Source: Marsupella aquatica | Taxonomy: Eukaryota; Plantae; Marchantiophyta | Assembly (NCBI GenBank): GCA_973895155.1 | Contig: OZ316894.1 | Span: forward strand, 26,087,240 to 26,151,239 | Direction of reading: 5' to 3' | Length of the DNA: 64,000 nt | In this document: positions 52,972-64,000 of the stretch, in pieces | How the letters are laid out: every line of letters begins with the position of its first letter | Numbering within the stretch: position 1 is the stretch's first letter | Program-made: the position numbers and the translations under genes | The notes under the pieces: generated by a model | Database searches by the model: none | What the model saw: only the letters and a program-made list of their open reading frames with translations | What the model was told of the DNA's origin: nothing

Positions 52972-55900
52972 ATGAGGAAGAGCGGGGCGCGTCTTCGTTA
53001 CAAAAGAGGGTCTGCCCCACCAAAGGAGAGGCGGTGCGGTGTGCCATTCACGCTTCTAGTGGCTCCATGGACTCTCCTCCTACTCCTCCTCCTTCTCTTA
53101 ACTTCATCCATAAGTCATGAAGACGGCGAACATGCAGCACGAGGTAAGAAATTTTCTCGAACCGTTTACAGAAACTTCCTCCCTCCCATATTAGGAGATT
53201 CATGATGGCGCTACTGAGTCGAACTGCTTTGTGCATAAAGGGAAGAGGTATAGTGATGCAAATCTGGTGCTTGCGAGTGCTCACCTCGATTCTAATTCCT
53301 AATATCCTGAGCTGTAAAGAAGAATGCCGAGACTAGCTAGCTGCCGATTCTTATTTTAAGCTCGCACACTGCGTTTTACTCCGTGCTAGTTTGTGATATC
53401 CGTTATGCGAAGACAAGTTGAAATCTCGTGTTATCTTGCTTTCGTTGGTCAACTGTCTCTCTGGTCAGGGAGAAATAAGCACCTTTTCTAAGAACTGTCT
53501 CAGTGAGACCCACGATTTTCGCCAAATTGGGGTCATGAGAGAACATGCATTATCTTAGTTTCCCTTGACTAATTCTGCTCCTTTCAAAATTCGAAGTAGT
53601 TTACACAAACTGAAAGCAAAGATGGGATGGAAGGTCAAATGCCCCTATGATCGCCTAGAGGCTTGAACTTTTTTATCACCGGTCGATTCATTCAGTCATT
53701 AAGAAACTGAATTGCTGTTCAGTGCATCAAAAGTAGCTCGTGCTCTATGACGTTGTACTCTTTCCCCCGGCACAGGCGTTCGGCGCCTTCCTTGCTAGGT
53801 CTCGTCTAATTCGGGGTGAGACGTACTGAGTGGCAACCGTTATCTTGATAGACCTCCGTCCCCCCATGATTGCTGCAGGTGGTTCTTGCACCAAAAGACT
53901 GTGGCAGCTGTGTCGTGCACGTCCACACATGCATTATTTGGCTATGAGGGTGGCCATTTACAAGGACATTAGCGTTATTTTATGAGTGAGTGGGTGGACT
54001 GTAGGAATGGTGAACACATGGAGCGCGGAAAAGCTGATAAAAGCATCGTTCCTGGCTTTGCAGTTTTGGAAGAACTGGATGACTTTATCATACAGGAGCT
54101 TACAGGTGCAAGCCTAGCTGGGAGGAGGGGTAACCATCCAGATGGCAACGGTGAGGATTCCATTGGTTCTGTAAGCAGCAGCTCAGATGAAACATCGGTT
54201 GCTGCCTCGGAGAGTGACGGAGAACTTCATTACTCTCACTTAATTCCTAGTACGGATAAATTGGAGCAGGAGCACTCTTCATCTAGAGGAGTAGTGTTCC
54301 CGACGAGAGTTTTCTTTCAAGAATCAGGGGAACCAATAGATGCGTTGCAGTACGCCGAGTATGGTGCCGGACTCTTGCAAAAGAGCGAGCCTGCCGAGGA
54401 CAATTCCAGAATATGTCTAGTAAGGAATGCAGGTGGGACACACTGCCGAGTGATTATTCGTCATCGAGAATTAGCCGGGCAAGATTGCACTTGGCTGCCT
54501 CAAGAATTCGCAGAGGGTCAGGATCAAGTCTTTGCCAACTACGTCGTAGCAGAGGAGCGTTGCCATGACGCTTCAAGCTACGAAAGAGATCTCGTTGCTG
54601 AGATTGAGCCTGGAGGAGGATCGTATCTAGTCTGCCAGACAGATTCCCTTTCTGAAAGCACGGCTGTTTGCGGTTTTGCTTTTACCACCCAGTCAGAATG
54701 CCGTCTGCCGGGTGTGGAATCGAACTCTATTCCTGGTCATGATAGCTCACGCAACGATCTTTCCCTTCGTCTTGGTGAAACTGACCAGGAAGGTCAGGGG
54801 GAACTCGGAGCTGCAGCAAGGAAACCAGAGGATTCACTGTCGAGTGAGCTCCCTAATTCTGTTGAATTTGAGGGACTACAACCCGCGCGGCGGATTACTG
54901 TACAACAACAAGACGAGGAGCTCTCCTCGCCTGTAGATATTTACTTTGATTCGAGTGATTCAAGCCAGCAGGACGTAGACGAACGGGAAGAGAACGCTGG
55001 GGACATGAATGCGGATGGAAAACCCCAACGGACTGTAAATGTCGGGGTTGCCGATAATGAGTTTAAGGTTGTTGAAGATGCCAGTGGAGAGGAGATGGTT
55101 GCCAATGTGGAGTTCCTGTCTCCACTAGTCAAGAGTGAGGCAACAGGTGGAGAGAGTTTGGTCTACCCAATCCTTGAAGAACAGTATTTCGACGACGAGC
55201 TTCTCTTTCCTCTTCTGGTAGAGCCTGGAGTGTTACTCGAGGAGCCCAGGAGGCTGCAACGCGTCGGTTCTGTCCTGAGTCTCGATGAATATAAGAAATC
55301 TATTCTCGAGAGTCAACGAAAGAGCGAAAATCAAGTGGATTTGAGCAGCGTTCACGCTCAAAGGGTTCGCCACAGTGATGAGAGCTACAACTACGCATCT
55401 GCTACACACGGCGCAAAGGTGCTCGCTTCGAATAAGGAGGCGAAGGGTGCGAGCCACATTCTCACGTCTGACAAGGACAAGTATCTCCGCAACCCTTGCG
55501 GTGCCGAGGACAAGTATGTAGTGCTAGAATTGTCCGAGGAAACGTTCGTGGATACCATATTCATCTCCAATTTTGAATTTCATTCATCGAATCTAAAAGA
55601 TTTTGAGGTGCTGGGAAGCACGGTGTACCCAACCAAGGATTGGATTTCTCTGGGCAAGTTCCAAGCGGAAAATGTCAGACACAGGCAAAAGTTTACCTTA
55701 GAAGACCCCAAAATGGTGCGCCACTTAATGATCAAAATGCTCACTCATTGGGGTTCTGAGTTCTTTTGTACTTTGAGCATAGTTGAAGTCTTTGGAGTAG
55801 ATGTAATCAAGAATCTTCTAGAAGACTGGATAGCTCTAGAAGAGGTGGATAACAACGCGAGAACGCAGGGAAGTAATGGACATGCGGTCTCTCAAGAAGA

Positions 55901-57110
55901 ATCGGCTTCCCTAGGTGGCACTGGGCATCAATTAGTTGCAGATCCTTCTCTTGATGCCCCATTCACAGAAGCATTGATTACGGAGTCCCAGATCGGTACG
56001 GCCTCAGAGCAAGGGGCCGTAACTGGAGGTCGAGATACAATTAAAACAGCGGACGGACTACATGGCGATGAAGACTCGAAGGCGGGCTCGACTGGAGATT
56101 CGTCTGCTCAGGACCCGATACACACCCTAGGAGGAAAACCACCCGGAGATTCTGTCCTGAAAATTCTCATGCAGCGAGTGAAGGCACTCGAGTTGAACCA
56201 GACCCTTTTCGATCTTTATCTGGGTGACATGAATCAAAAGTACAAAATGATGCTGAGAGAATTCGACACGGACCTTGCACTAGTCACTGAACGATTACGG
56301 AACGAGACAGCTTTGACAGCATCGTTAGCCATGCGACTTGCTGATAGGGTGAGCCGCACACACCCATTTTTCACCATGTATGGAACCTCATGTCGTTGAT
56401 GGTCTCTTATCATCACGAGTTCTTTCCACGGGAGATCTTCCAATGGCAGCAGATCAAAGTCTTTTCATCTTATTGTGATAATTGTATGGGTCCAGGAATT
56501 GCAACGAAAAGAGGAGAAACAGTATATGGAGTATCGTTTCGCTCAAATCGCTAGCAATTTCACGGACAACTTAGACATGATGAGGTTCTCATCAGACACT
56601 TTCCCCACTGTCCAAATTCTTGCGTAGAAGATGTCTTCTTTTGCTTCGATAGATTGGAGTCCAGAAGACTCTTACCCAGTCTATGTGGAGGTCCGTCTTG
56701 GGTCCGTTTTCCCATCCCCTTGAGGCTTTTGGTGTTCGTGGTTTGCTGGGCGTACGCGATATTTGAGACTTTTGTCCTATTGGTGATGCAGGTGGCAGAT
56801 TCAAAGTATGGAAAGAAGAGAGATCACAGCTATATTGTTATCCTTTCTATGTATGATCCTGTCGGCATTGCTACACCTATTAGCCAGTTGTATGCCAAGA
56901 AGAAATCCTACGAGGGATATTTCAGCGGAACCAAAAGGTAGTGAAGTCAAGGAAGAGGTCCTCGACAGCAGGTTGGGCGGGATTGACAGGACGTTAGGCG
57001 GGATTGACAGCAAGTTGGACAATCTCAGCCTATCAAAAGTCTGCCAGTGTTCGTCAAGTCTTATTTTGTATCTGGCGTGCGCCCTGACCATCCTCATTCT
57101 TTCAGTTTAA
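52972..57110 (+). CDS. Mid-SUN domain protein (plant SUN3/4/5, SLP1/SUCO type); exons 52972-53143, 54064-56348, 56497-56584, 56792-57110
   Basis: N-terminal TM segment LLVAPWTLLLLLLLLLTSSISHEDG. SUN domain YNYASATHGAKVLASNKEAKGASHILTSDKDKYLRNPC...ELSEET..NFEFHSSNLKDFE..HWGSEFFCTLSIVEVFGVD. Conserved GDSVLKILMQRVKALELN coiled coil and two C-terminal TM helices. Splice phases are consistent. Confidence 0.92.
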
Positions 57111-58703
57111 ACATTTAACTGACATGTTGGAGCCGAGCAACTGAGTGCTCCATTAAGCGTCTTTCGAACCGTGCTGATACCACAGGAAGACTCTTCCGTC
57201 GGGGACTATGTTGCTGTGATGTTTGACCTCTTCAGCTGGTAAATGGTTCCATTTGTCAACCACCCAAGTTATGGGAGCTGGCTCTGAAGTTGAATATCGA
57301 GTTCATGACGGACTGCGCATCATCGTTACCCTGGAGCGTACCACAATAGTCTCAAAGCGGGACTAAATCATGATTAACTTTCCTGTGTTCCTCCTGCTGC
57401 GCTGGTGTACATATCCAGCTGAAGAGAAGGTCCTATGAGGTCCTGAGAGCTACGCATTCCGGCTATATATGATCATACAATCGCTCAGACTTTCTCGATG
57501 GCTACGGCGACGTCCACAATCACCATACCTTTTTCTTCCCTTTCTCTTGCCTAGTGTTACTTCCTCTCCTGCAGTGTATAGCCTGAGTACCCAGGTTTTC
57601 CTCTTCCTGCCAGTTTTTTGAGCTTTTTGTACCTTGGTACCCAGCCTCTCATGATTTTCCTAGAAGTCTAAGCTCTCCACACGTACTATTGGTTCATTTC
57701 ATCCTCTTTACAGTAGATATCCCAGCTGGCATGTGCGGACCATTCTCCCACAATCCCAAGCTCTATAAGTAGTGTCAATCCACCTCAACTTCTTTTTACA
57801 TATGCCTCTCCTTTAGCTTGCAAGCTTACCTTTGGCCAAATGTCAATGCATTGATCGATCTACTACGCTAGCTTACCTCGTCACCTTACTCGTCGACGTG
57901 TTCCATGTAATATACGGATCCAGAGCCACCTCAAATGTGAGAAACAATAGGTTCTTCATAGCCAGGTTTAGGATTCTTAGAACAGAATCATCAGACCACG
58001 GATGCAGCAGTAAGAAAAGTACCGTTGACTTAGTTAGCTTAGCAGACAGGATTCCGGTTGATAGCGGTGTTACCTCCCAGTCGGCCCGACACAGGTTGAT
58101 GTCTTCAATTATCCAACGAACAGTCATGGGTTCTTTTAGCTGCCTGACACTGCGTTCCAGCCAACCATTTCAGCTGATCAGAATTCATTGCAAAAGTGAC
58201 TGACCTTTGTACTCTTCTTGAGTACTGGTCATGATTTGGTGGATTCAAGTCTAGGGGGTGGGATATTAAGGTTTTGACGAATTTTTTTACTGAACCTACC
58301 TAGTCATTTGAATAGAATTGTCGCCGTACTGTGTAATAAAATGACTCGAGGAATTGTGGTGGTCTGTGTGGCCGTCAATTTGGAATTCTCGTACTTTTTA
58401 ACAGTGTCTCGCATAAAGTCGTTCGGGTAACATTGCCTGTCACATTTTTGCCAGTTCTTTGCAGAAATGAATTTTGGACGAGACTTGAGCACACATCTAG
58501 CCCATGATAAGAATGGACGGTAGCTTACTATGTTGATGTATTACGCTGTAGCTACTATCTCAAATTCGTTTTGAAACTGGAAATCACAGCAATTTCTTGA
58601 GGATTAAGATCGTCGACTCTGGAAGGTCTGACATCTACGAACCTTGCAGTTGTACGTAGACTAGAGTACTCAGCACTTCTGCATGTTCTGAAGTCTTGTT
58701 TCT

Positions 58704-58808
58704 CCTGTGACATTTAATCAACTTCAAATGTAGACTTGGAAAATTTTGGTCTCGTTGGACCTGTGACATTTCATCAACTTCAAATGTAGAATTGGAAAAT
58801 TTTGGTCT
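58704..58808. repeat. 56-bp-period tandem duplication
   Basis: CCTGTGACATTT(A/C)ATCAACTTCAAATGTAGA(C/A)TTGGAAAATTTTGGTCT at 58704 and 58760. Confidence 0.9.
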
Positions 58809-59663
58809 TAGAATCCAACCAAAGCTGGGCTACAGCCGAGCAAAGAGTTCAGCATAACGTGTTTCCATGGGATTTGAGGCATTATAGCTCAAATTCCATG
58901 TGGACACGTGTAGGCTAAGGTACCCAAAGCATGCAGGCTCTGAATTGTAAGTGCTAGTCGATTGGATTATGTGGCACCATGTGAGGGGTTTACTGTGTTT
59001 GGAGTGCATTTTTTCCGTGAATTGTTGAACCTGTGCTATAGAATGGGACCATCTTATAAATCTGATACACTACGAGGAACCACCTTCAGCTGCTTCAGAA
59101 TGTTTGGATCTGTCTCAATCATGCCCTGCTCCAACAGTGCTTTGGCTCTATTTGCTTTGGTGCCAAACGTCTCAATTGGCCCAAGTTCCCATGTTTTGGA
59201 GCAGGTTCACGCGATAGGATTCTACCGTCGGAAGCCATGTCTATTTCAGCCACCAGTCGATGTCCTGCAGAGAAACGGACTTCTTGATTAGCACTCGCAC
59301 GTATCTCACCGATTCAGCTGGCGTAAAGCTTAATGAAAAGCATGTGGACCTTACACTGTCCAGAGCACGATCCTTGTCATCTCCTCAGTCAAAGATTGTG
59401 CATAGAAGGTGCCAATCAAATAATCGATGACCGATGACAAACTAATAGTAAACTGGCTATATAGGTGGACTTTGATGTGATACATCCACTTACTCACCAG
59501 ATTGCCAATGCCATGTTACGTAGTCCTTTGGAGAGATCTGCAAACCTCATTTACATTGGGATTTTGATGTAGCCCGGAACCACAAGCTGCTAGTGCGTGG
59601 CATTTTTATTTGCCTTGAAAACCGGCAGCCAGATAACCTTACGCTCCTAGTGTTTGGCACTTT

Positions 59664-59978
59664 TATTTGCCTTGAAAATAGAAAGCAGGCCATCCAACAT
59701 AGGGGCCAACTCTGGAGCATGCAATTCTATGTAGGGTAGCCACAAGGTGACAATAGTCAAGTATCCCGCTGGACCACACCAGGAGGGAGAGAAGGTTAAA
59801 CCAGGGCCCCAAACCTGGCAATTAGGGGCTGAGGAGACTACCAATACTTCCACCACTACACCTTACCCCATCCACACACGCACTCACCCTCCACATCCCT
59901 TGCATGTGGAGGGAGGATTGAACTTGGGATCTCTTGGTTCTAGGCTCATCCCCTAGCCAACCGACCACAACCAAGTGT
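59664..59978 (-). mobile_element. tRNA-derived SINE (~315 bp) with a 16-bp target-site duplication
   Basis: Minus strand has box A TGGTCGGTTGG (59967-59957) and box B AGTTCAATCCT (59924-59914), 32 nt apart, and an A-rich 3' end ...CAAGGCAAATAAAA. Flanks are TAGTGTTTGGCACTTT (59648-59663) and TAGTGATTGGCATTTT (59979-59994). Confidence 0.7.
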
Positions 59979-60129
59979 TAGTGATTGGCATTTTGAGCAG
60001 ACACTAGCACCAACAAGACAAGGTCAACAAGTTGACATTTTGAAGGACTAGGGTATGCTGCACGCGACAAAGAAATGGGTGTGTGATGACCATGATTGAA
60101 CACTTCAATCTCAAAACAAATCGAGCTCA

Positions 60130-60453
60130 GGGGGGGGGGGGGTCACTTTCACGAAAGTGGCACATCACGTGCGACAAAGTATAGACCCATTTAAATGGGT
60201 GTGACAAAAGACTTCCAAAGTTTGGTGGAAGAACACATAGGGCATGTTTTATTGACTGGTCGGCTTTAAAGAACACATAGGCCTATTTAATTGTAAAGCA
60301 TACTTTCTTTAAAGTTTTTAGGAGTTTTTAAGTAAAATGACAAAATTTAAAGAAAAAAAAGGTTTTGCAAAAAAAAAATTCACTTATAAATTAGGGGGGT
60401 CAAATCCTAAAACGTCGCACGTGATGTATGGCCCTCCATATAGTGACCCCCCC
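60130..60453. mobile_element. MITE-like element with degenerate TIRs (PIF/Harbinger-like)
   Basis: Left end GGGGGGGTCACT...ACATCACGTGCGAC, right end GTCGCACGTGATGT...AGTGACCCCCCC, with an AT-rich non-coding interior. No clean TSD. Confidence 0.65.
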
Positions 60454-61023
60454 GAGAGATCGAGTTAGTGGCATTGAGTTATTGCCATTGCAGGACAAGT
60501 CATCATGTACACAAAACTACCCAAGACCTTTCTTTAAGTAATGTCTGAAGAACCTCCTGGATCATTGGCTCACTGATGACCACCGCAGGATTTCACAAGA
60601 TCTTCAGTAGGCGGATAGGTTGGCGGAACCCATGGTTCAGACTTGGACAACGCGCCCCAACTCCCTCCTATTGTGCACATCTTCCCCTTTCCTCCTGTGG
60701 CACACATCTTCCCCAACTCATCCACCCCATTATAAGCCCATGAGCCAAGGAGGATTCATAATATGAGGGTCTCAGAATTGCACATCAAAATATGATATCT
60801 AGGGTGCAAGACACCCTCCATACCATGATAAACCTTGTTATTTTCTTTCAACTACACTTGCCTCTATAAAAATCCCATATTATGCTCCACTACTCATCAT
60901 AAAAGATGGAGCACTGAGCACTTTTGTGGAGCTTAAGTACATTCCTATTGAAATTGAACCAGTGCAATGTATAATGAGAGCCCCTGGCCTATTAGGTGCA
61001 GTTGTGGTTTAAATCAATGAAGA

Positions 61024-61185
61024 CACACCCTATATTATCACATTTTGAATGAATGCACACAGTAGAGTATCACATTTCGAAATATATATACACACCCTAT
61101 ATTATCACATTTTGACTGAATGCAAACATTAGAGTATCACATTTCGAAATATATTATCACATTATGCACACCGTATATTACCACA
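61024..61185. repeat. ~68-bp tandem repeat (2 copies plus a partial) upstream of eIF3f
   Basis: CACACCCTATATTATCACATTTTGA.TGAATGCA.ACA.TAGAGTATCACATTTCGAAATATAT occurs twice. Confidence 0.85.
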
Positions 61186-61457
61186 TTTGAGGTGTGAATA
61201 CCTGCAGGGATAATATGATTATATGATGCCCCTCGCCCAGGGTGGCACGCATTTCTCGCCTCCGCTCTGACGTGGCCTAGGTACCTCAGTTCGCCGCTCT
61301 CCCTTTCGACTCTGCTCGCCCTCCGAACGCTCAGAAGTTGGGTTTTAGAGGTTTGATCAGATTGCTCGGATTCGCCATGGAGTGAGTGTGGAGGACACAA
61401 AGCAGTGAGCGAGATCCATCGACCCCAGAGCTTGAAAGGGAGAGCCGAGCCTGAAGC

Positions 61458-63808
61458 ATGGCAGGTGGAAACACGGTGCTGCACATGCCCTCTGGCCCCA
61501 CGGGAGTCGTGGGAAAGCTCCACCCGACAGTGCTGTTCAATATCTGTGACTCCTACATTCGGCGGAACGATCAGCAGGAGCGGGTCATCGGAACTCTACT
61601 GGGATCAGTGTCTTCCGATGGAGCTGTGGACATCCGCAACTCCTATGCCGTCCCTCACAACGAGTCCTCGGAGCAGGTTCTTGCCAAAACCCGTTGTTCC
61701 CTTCCGGTTAGGTCTTTTTTTTGTGGGGCTTTTGTTGGGGCTTTTGTCCGGCACTTCTACTCCTGACTGTCTCAAGGTTATCTTTTTGCTCGAGCATGGT
61801 TTGCTAGGACACGATTTCATGTTTTGTGTGGGCGGAAGATTTGCCGGAGCTGTCCTACGGAATGCCCACCGATGTTTAGGGTTTTGATTTTCAGCTCGCT
61901 GCACTTTTCTCTAGGGCTCTCTTTTTAATATTTTTCTGTCGTGTCATGATTCTGCGAAGTCTGTGTGCATCACAGCTACCTGACTTCCAGACAAATGTGA
62001 TGTTGGCCAGTTCCTTTCGGTACAATATTTGAGCCAGAGTATTGTTCGAATCACATAACTACCTATAACCCGTAGTGCCCTATCAAATCCACCTGACTCG
62101 TAGACGGCCAGTTTGTTTCTGTACAATTATTTATAGCCAGAGTAATGTTGGAATTATATTATAGGTTATGAACCCTAGTGCCCTGTTCTCCGCCGGTTCT
62201 CTGAGTGTCAACGTATTGAGGAGGCTAAATTTCAGGTATGGTTTCTGAATGCCTGTACTGAGAATTGGTTGTAATTCGCCCATAGATCCCGAAGTACCGT
62301 CTCTGTCCTGGGCTTTAGAACCACAGTATCTGTGGACCTCTCCTGTCTCAATTTCCAGCGGCCTCTTTCTACCAGGACCGTTCTTGACATTGTACTAATT
62401 CCGGGCGAGTGGATGTTGGTGTGGAATCCACAGGTGGCAGTGGATATCGATTACCATCGGAATATGTTCGATCTTCATCAGCGTGTAAATGCTAAAGAAG
62501 TTATAGTCGGATGGTATGAGTATCCATACCTTATCCATTACGTCGCTGGGATTTCACGGCTCAATTGTTTCCCAGCACAGATGTTCCGTTTTGCATACCA
62601 GTTTTGTCTTACTTTCCGTGGGGATGGAATTTAACGTGTTCAAGAAAGTACCCAAAAACGCCTATGAATTGGTCATTTAGGTGCCTTTGGGTTCCAGCTA
62701 GAACATTGCGGTTCCATGCGGATGCAGTCACGCTCTTGCTGGTAAGGTAGTAAGCCCTCAGAGCTCAACGAGAAGCTAATTTTCTCCTATGTCCTATCAA
62801 ATCTCAGGTACTCCACAGGTGCTGGAGTGAGTGGCAGTGATGCCCTTATCCAAGACTTCTATGCACGTGAAGCTACCAATCCTGTGCATCTCACAGTTGA
62901 CACAACATTCTCTGATGAAAAGGCCTGTATCAAGGCTTATGTCTCGACCAATCTAACGCTGGGTGACCGACAGCTGGCTGCTCAATTTCACGAGGTTCAA
63001 CTCGATTTACGTCTCATTGAGGCCGAGAGAATTGGCTGTACGTTCCAATTCACAAACTTCTATATAGGCGGTGATATGTGTCTTCGTTACAAAGTTTCTT
63101 AGGAGCCCCCAAGATTGTTGTGTTGCTCATTGACCAATTTCTTGAGATCATTCAAGCTAAGTGTTTTGAGTTACGAATCGTGAGTTGTGATCTGGTGCAG
63201 TTGACGTATTGAAAAAAACTGTGGTCGATAAACTTCCCAATGACTTGGAAGGCTTGGAAGGAACCATTCAAAGGTTGCACGCGATGATTGATACAGTTTC
63301 CAGATATGTCGATGATGTGGTGGTATGTGGTCCATAATTCATTGTTCTCAAGTTCAATGTGTTCAGGAGTTTGGTTTGATTTTCTCAGAGAGATTCATCT
63401 TGCTCTTGCTGATCCCCTATAAATCTTCTTGGATGGCAGCAAGGTCGTATTCCCCCAGACAACACAGTAGGCCGATATCTAACTGACACAATGGCAGTAG
63501 TGCCAAGGATTGCTCCAGATGCTTTCGACAAACTTTTCAATGACAGTGTGCAGGTAATGTAGCGTTTTGCTATGTTGTTCAGCAATTGTCTCATGGCTTG
63601 CTGAGTTTTCTCATCCAGGTAGTTTTCAATGCAGAGGATTCTGCTATCATCATGGCTGCTACATGTACATTTTGACGCTTGGGAGGTGGGCTAACACTTC
63701 CTTTTGGGAAATGTGCAGGATGTGCTTTTGGTGTTATATTTGGCAAATTTGACTAGGACACAGCTCACTTTGGCTGAAAAGCTGAACACAGCTGCACAAA
63801 TAGTTTAA
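61458..63808 (+). CDS. EIF3F: Eukaryotic translation initiation factor 3 subunit F (MPN domain), 6 exons
   Basis: MAGGNTVLHMP..KLHPTVLFNICDSYIRRNDQQERVIGTLLG..IRNSYAVPHNESSEQ|VAVDIDYHRNMFDLHQRVNAKEVIVGW|YSTG..NPVHLTVDT..AERIG|FDVLKK..KLPNDLEGLE..|..FDKLFNDSVQ|DVLLVLYLANLTRTQLTLAEKLNTAAQIV*. Confidence 0.96.
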
Positions 63809-64000
63809 AGAAATTCTTGAGTTTAATCTTCAATTGGATATTGTCGGCTAGTGCAATTATTGAGCTCGTGTAGATCTTCGGCAACGGTGGGAGGGTAGAG
63901 ATAGAGGGGAAGGATGGTTGCGGTTGTTACTGAGATTCTCGGGACCTTGTCTAACAAATTGACCTTAGTCTTTTGGGATGATGCGTCTTCAGAGGGAGGT

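Noticed and set aside
59900-59978. Possible tRNA gene (box A and box B)
   Set aside because: No convincing cloverleaf or acceptor stem. The TSD and A-rich tail indicate a SINE head.
58704-61185. Short direct repeats as a CRISPR-like array
   Set aside because: Only 2-3 copies per family, irregular spacing, no cas genes, and a eukaryotic context.

Overview
Eukaryotic, intron-rich land-plant DNA, most likely from a lineage with flagellated sperm (bryophyte- or lycophyte-like, inferred from a PIBF1/CEP90 gene). Six spliced genes can be read. They are cornichon (+, 191-2009), a CHD1/CHR5 chromatin remodeller (+, 13153-27353), a PIBF1/CEP90-like centriolar coiled-coil gene (-, ~32-39.7 kb), RNA polymerase III subunit RPC5 (-, 42463-48521), a mid-SUN protein (+, 52972-57110) and eIF3f (+, 61458-63808). 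The most unusual structure is a ~1.2 kb inverted duplication (11755-12970 / 48503-49714) that gives two unrelated genes, CHR5 and RPC5, the same upstream/5'UTR cassette. A 1.4 kb TIR-bounded insertion splits the right copy from its continuation at 51107-51162. Other notable items are a disrupted fungal-type PD-(D/E)XK nuclease gene (5440-6326), a tRNA-derived SINE sitting among three copies of a 16-bp target site, head-to-head LTR ends and a MITE. No CRISPR array, rRNA or intact tRNA gene was seen. All homology calls come from recognising motifs by eye, not from database searches.
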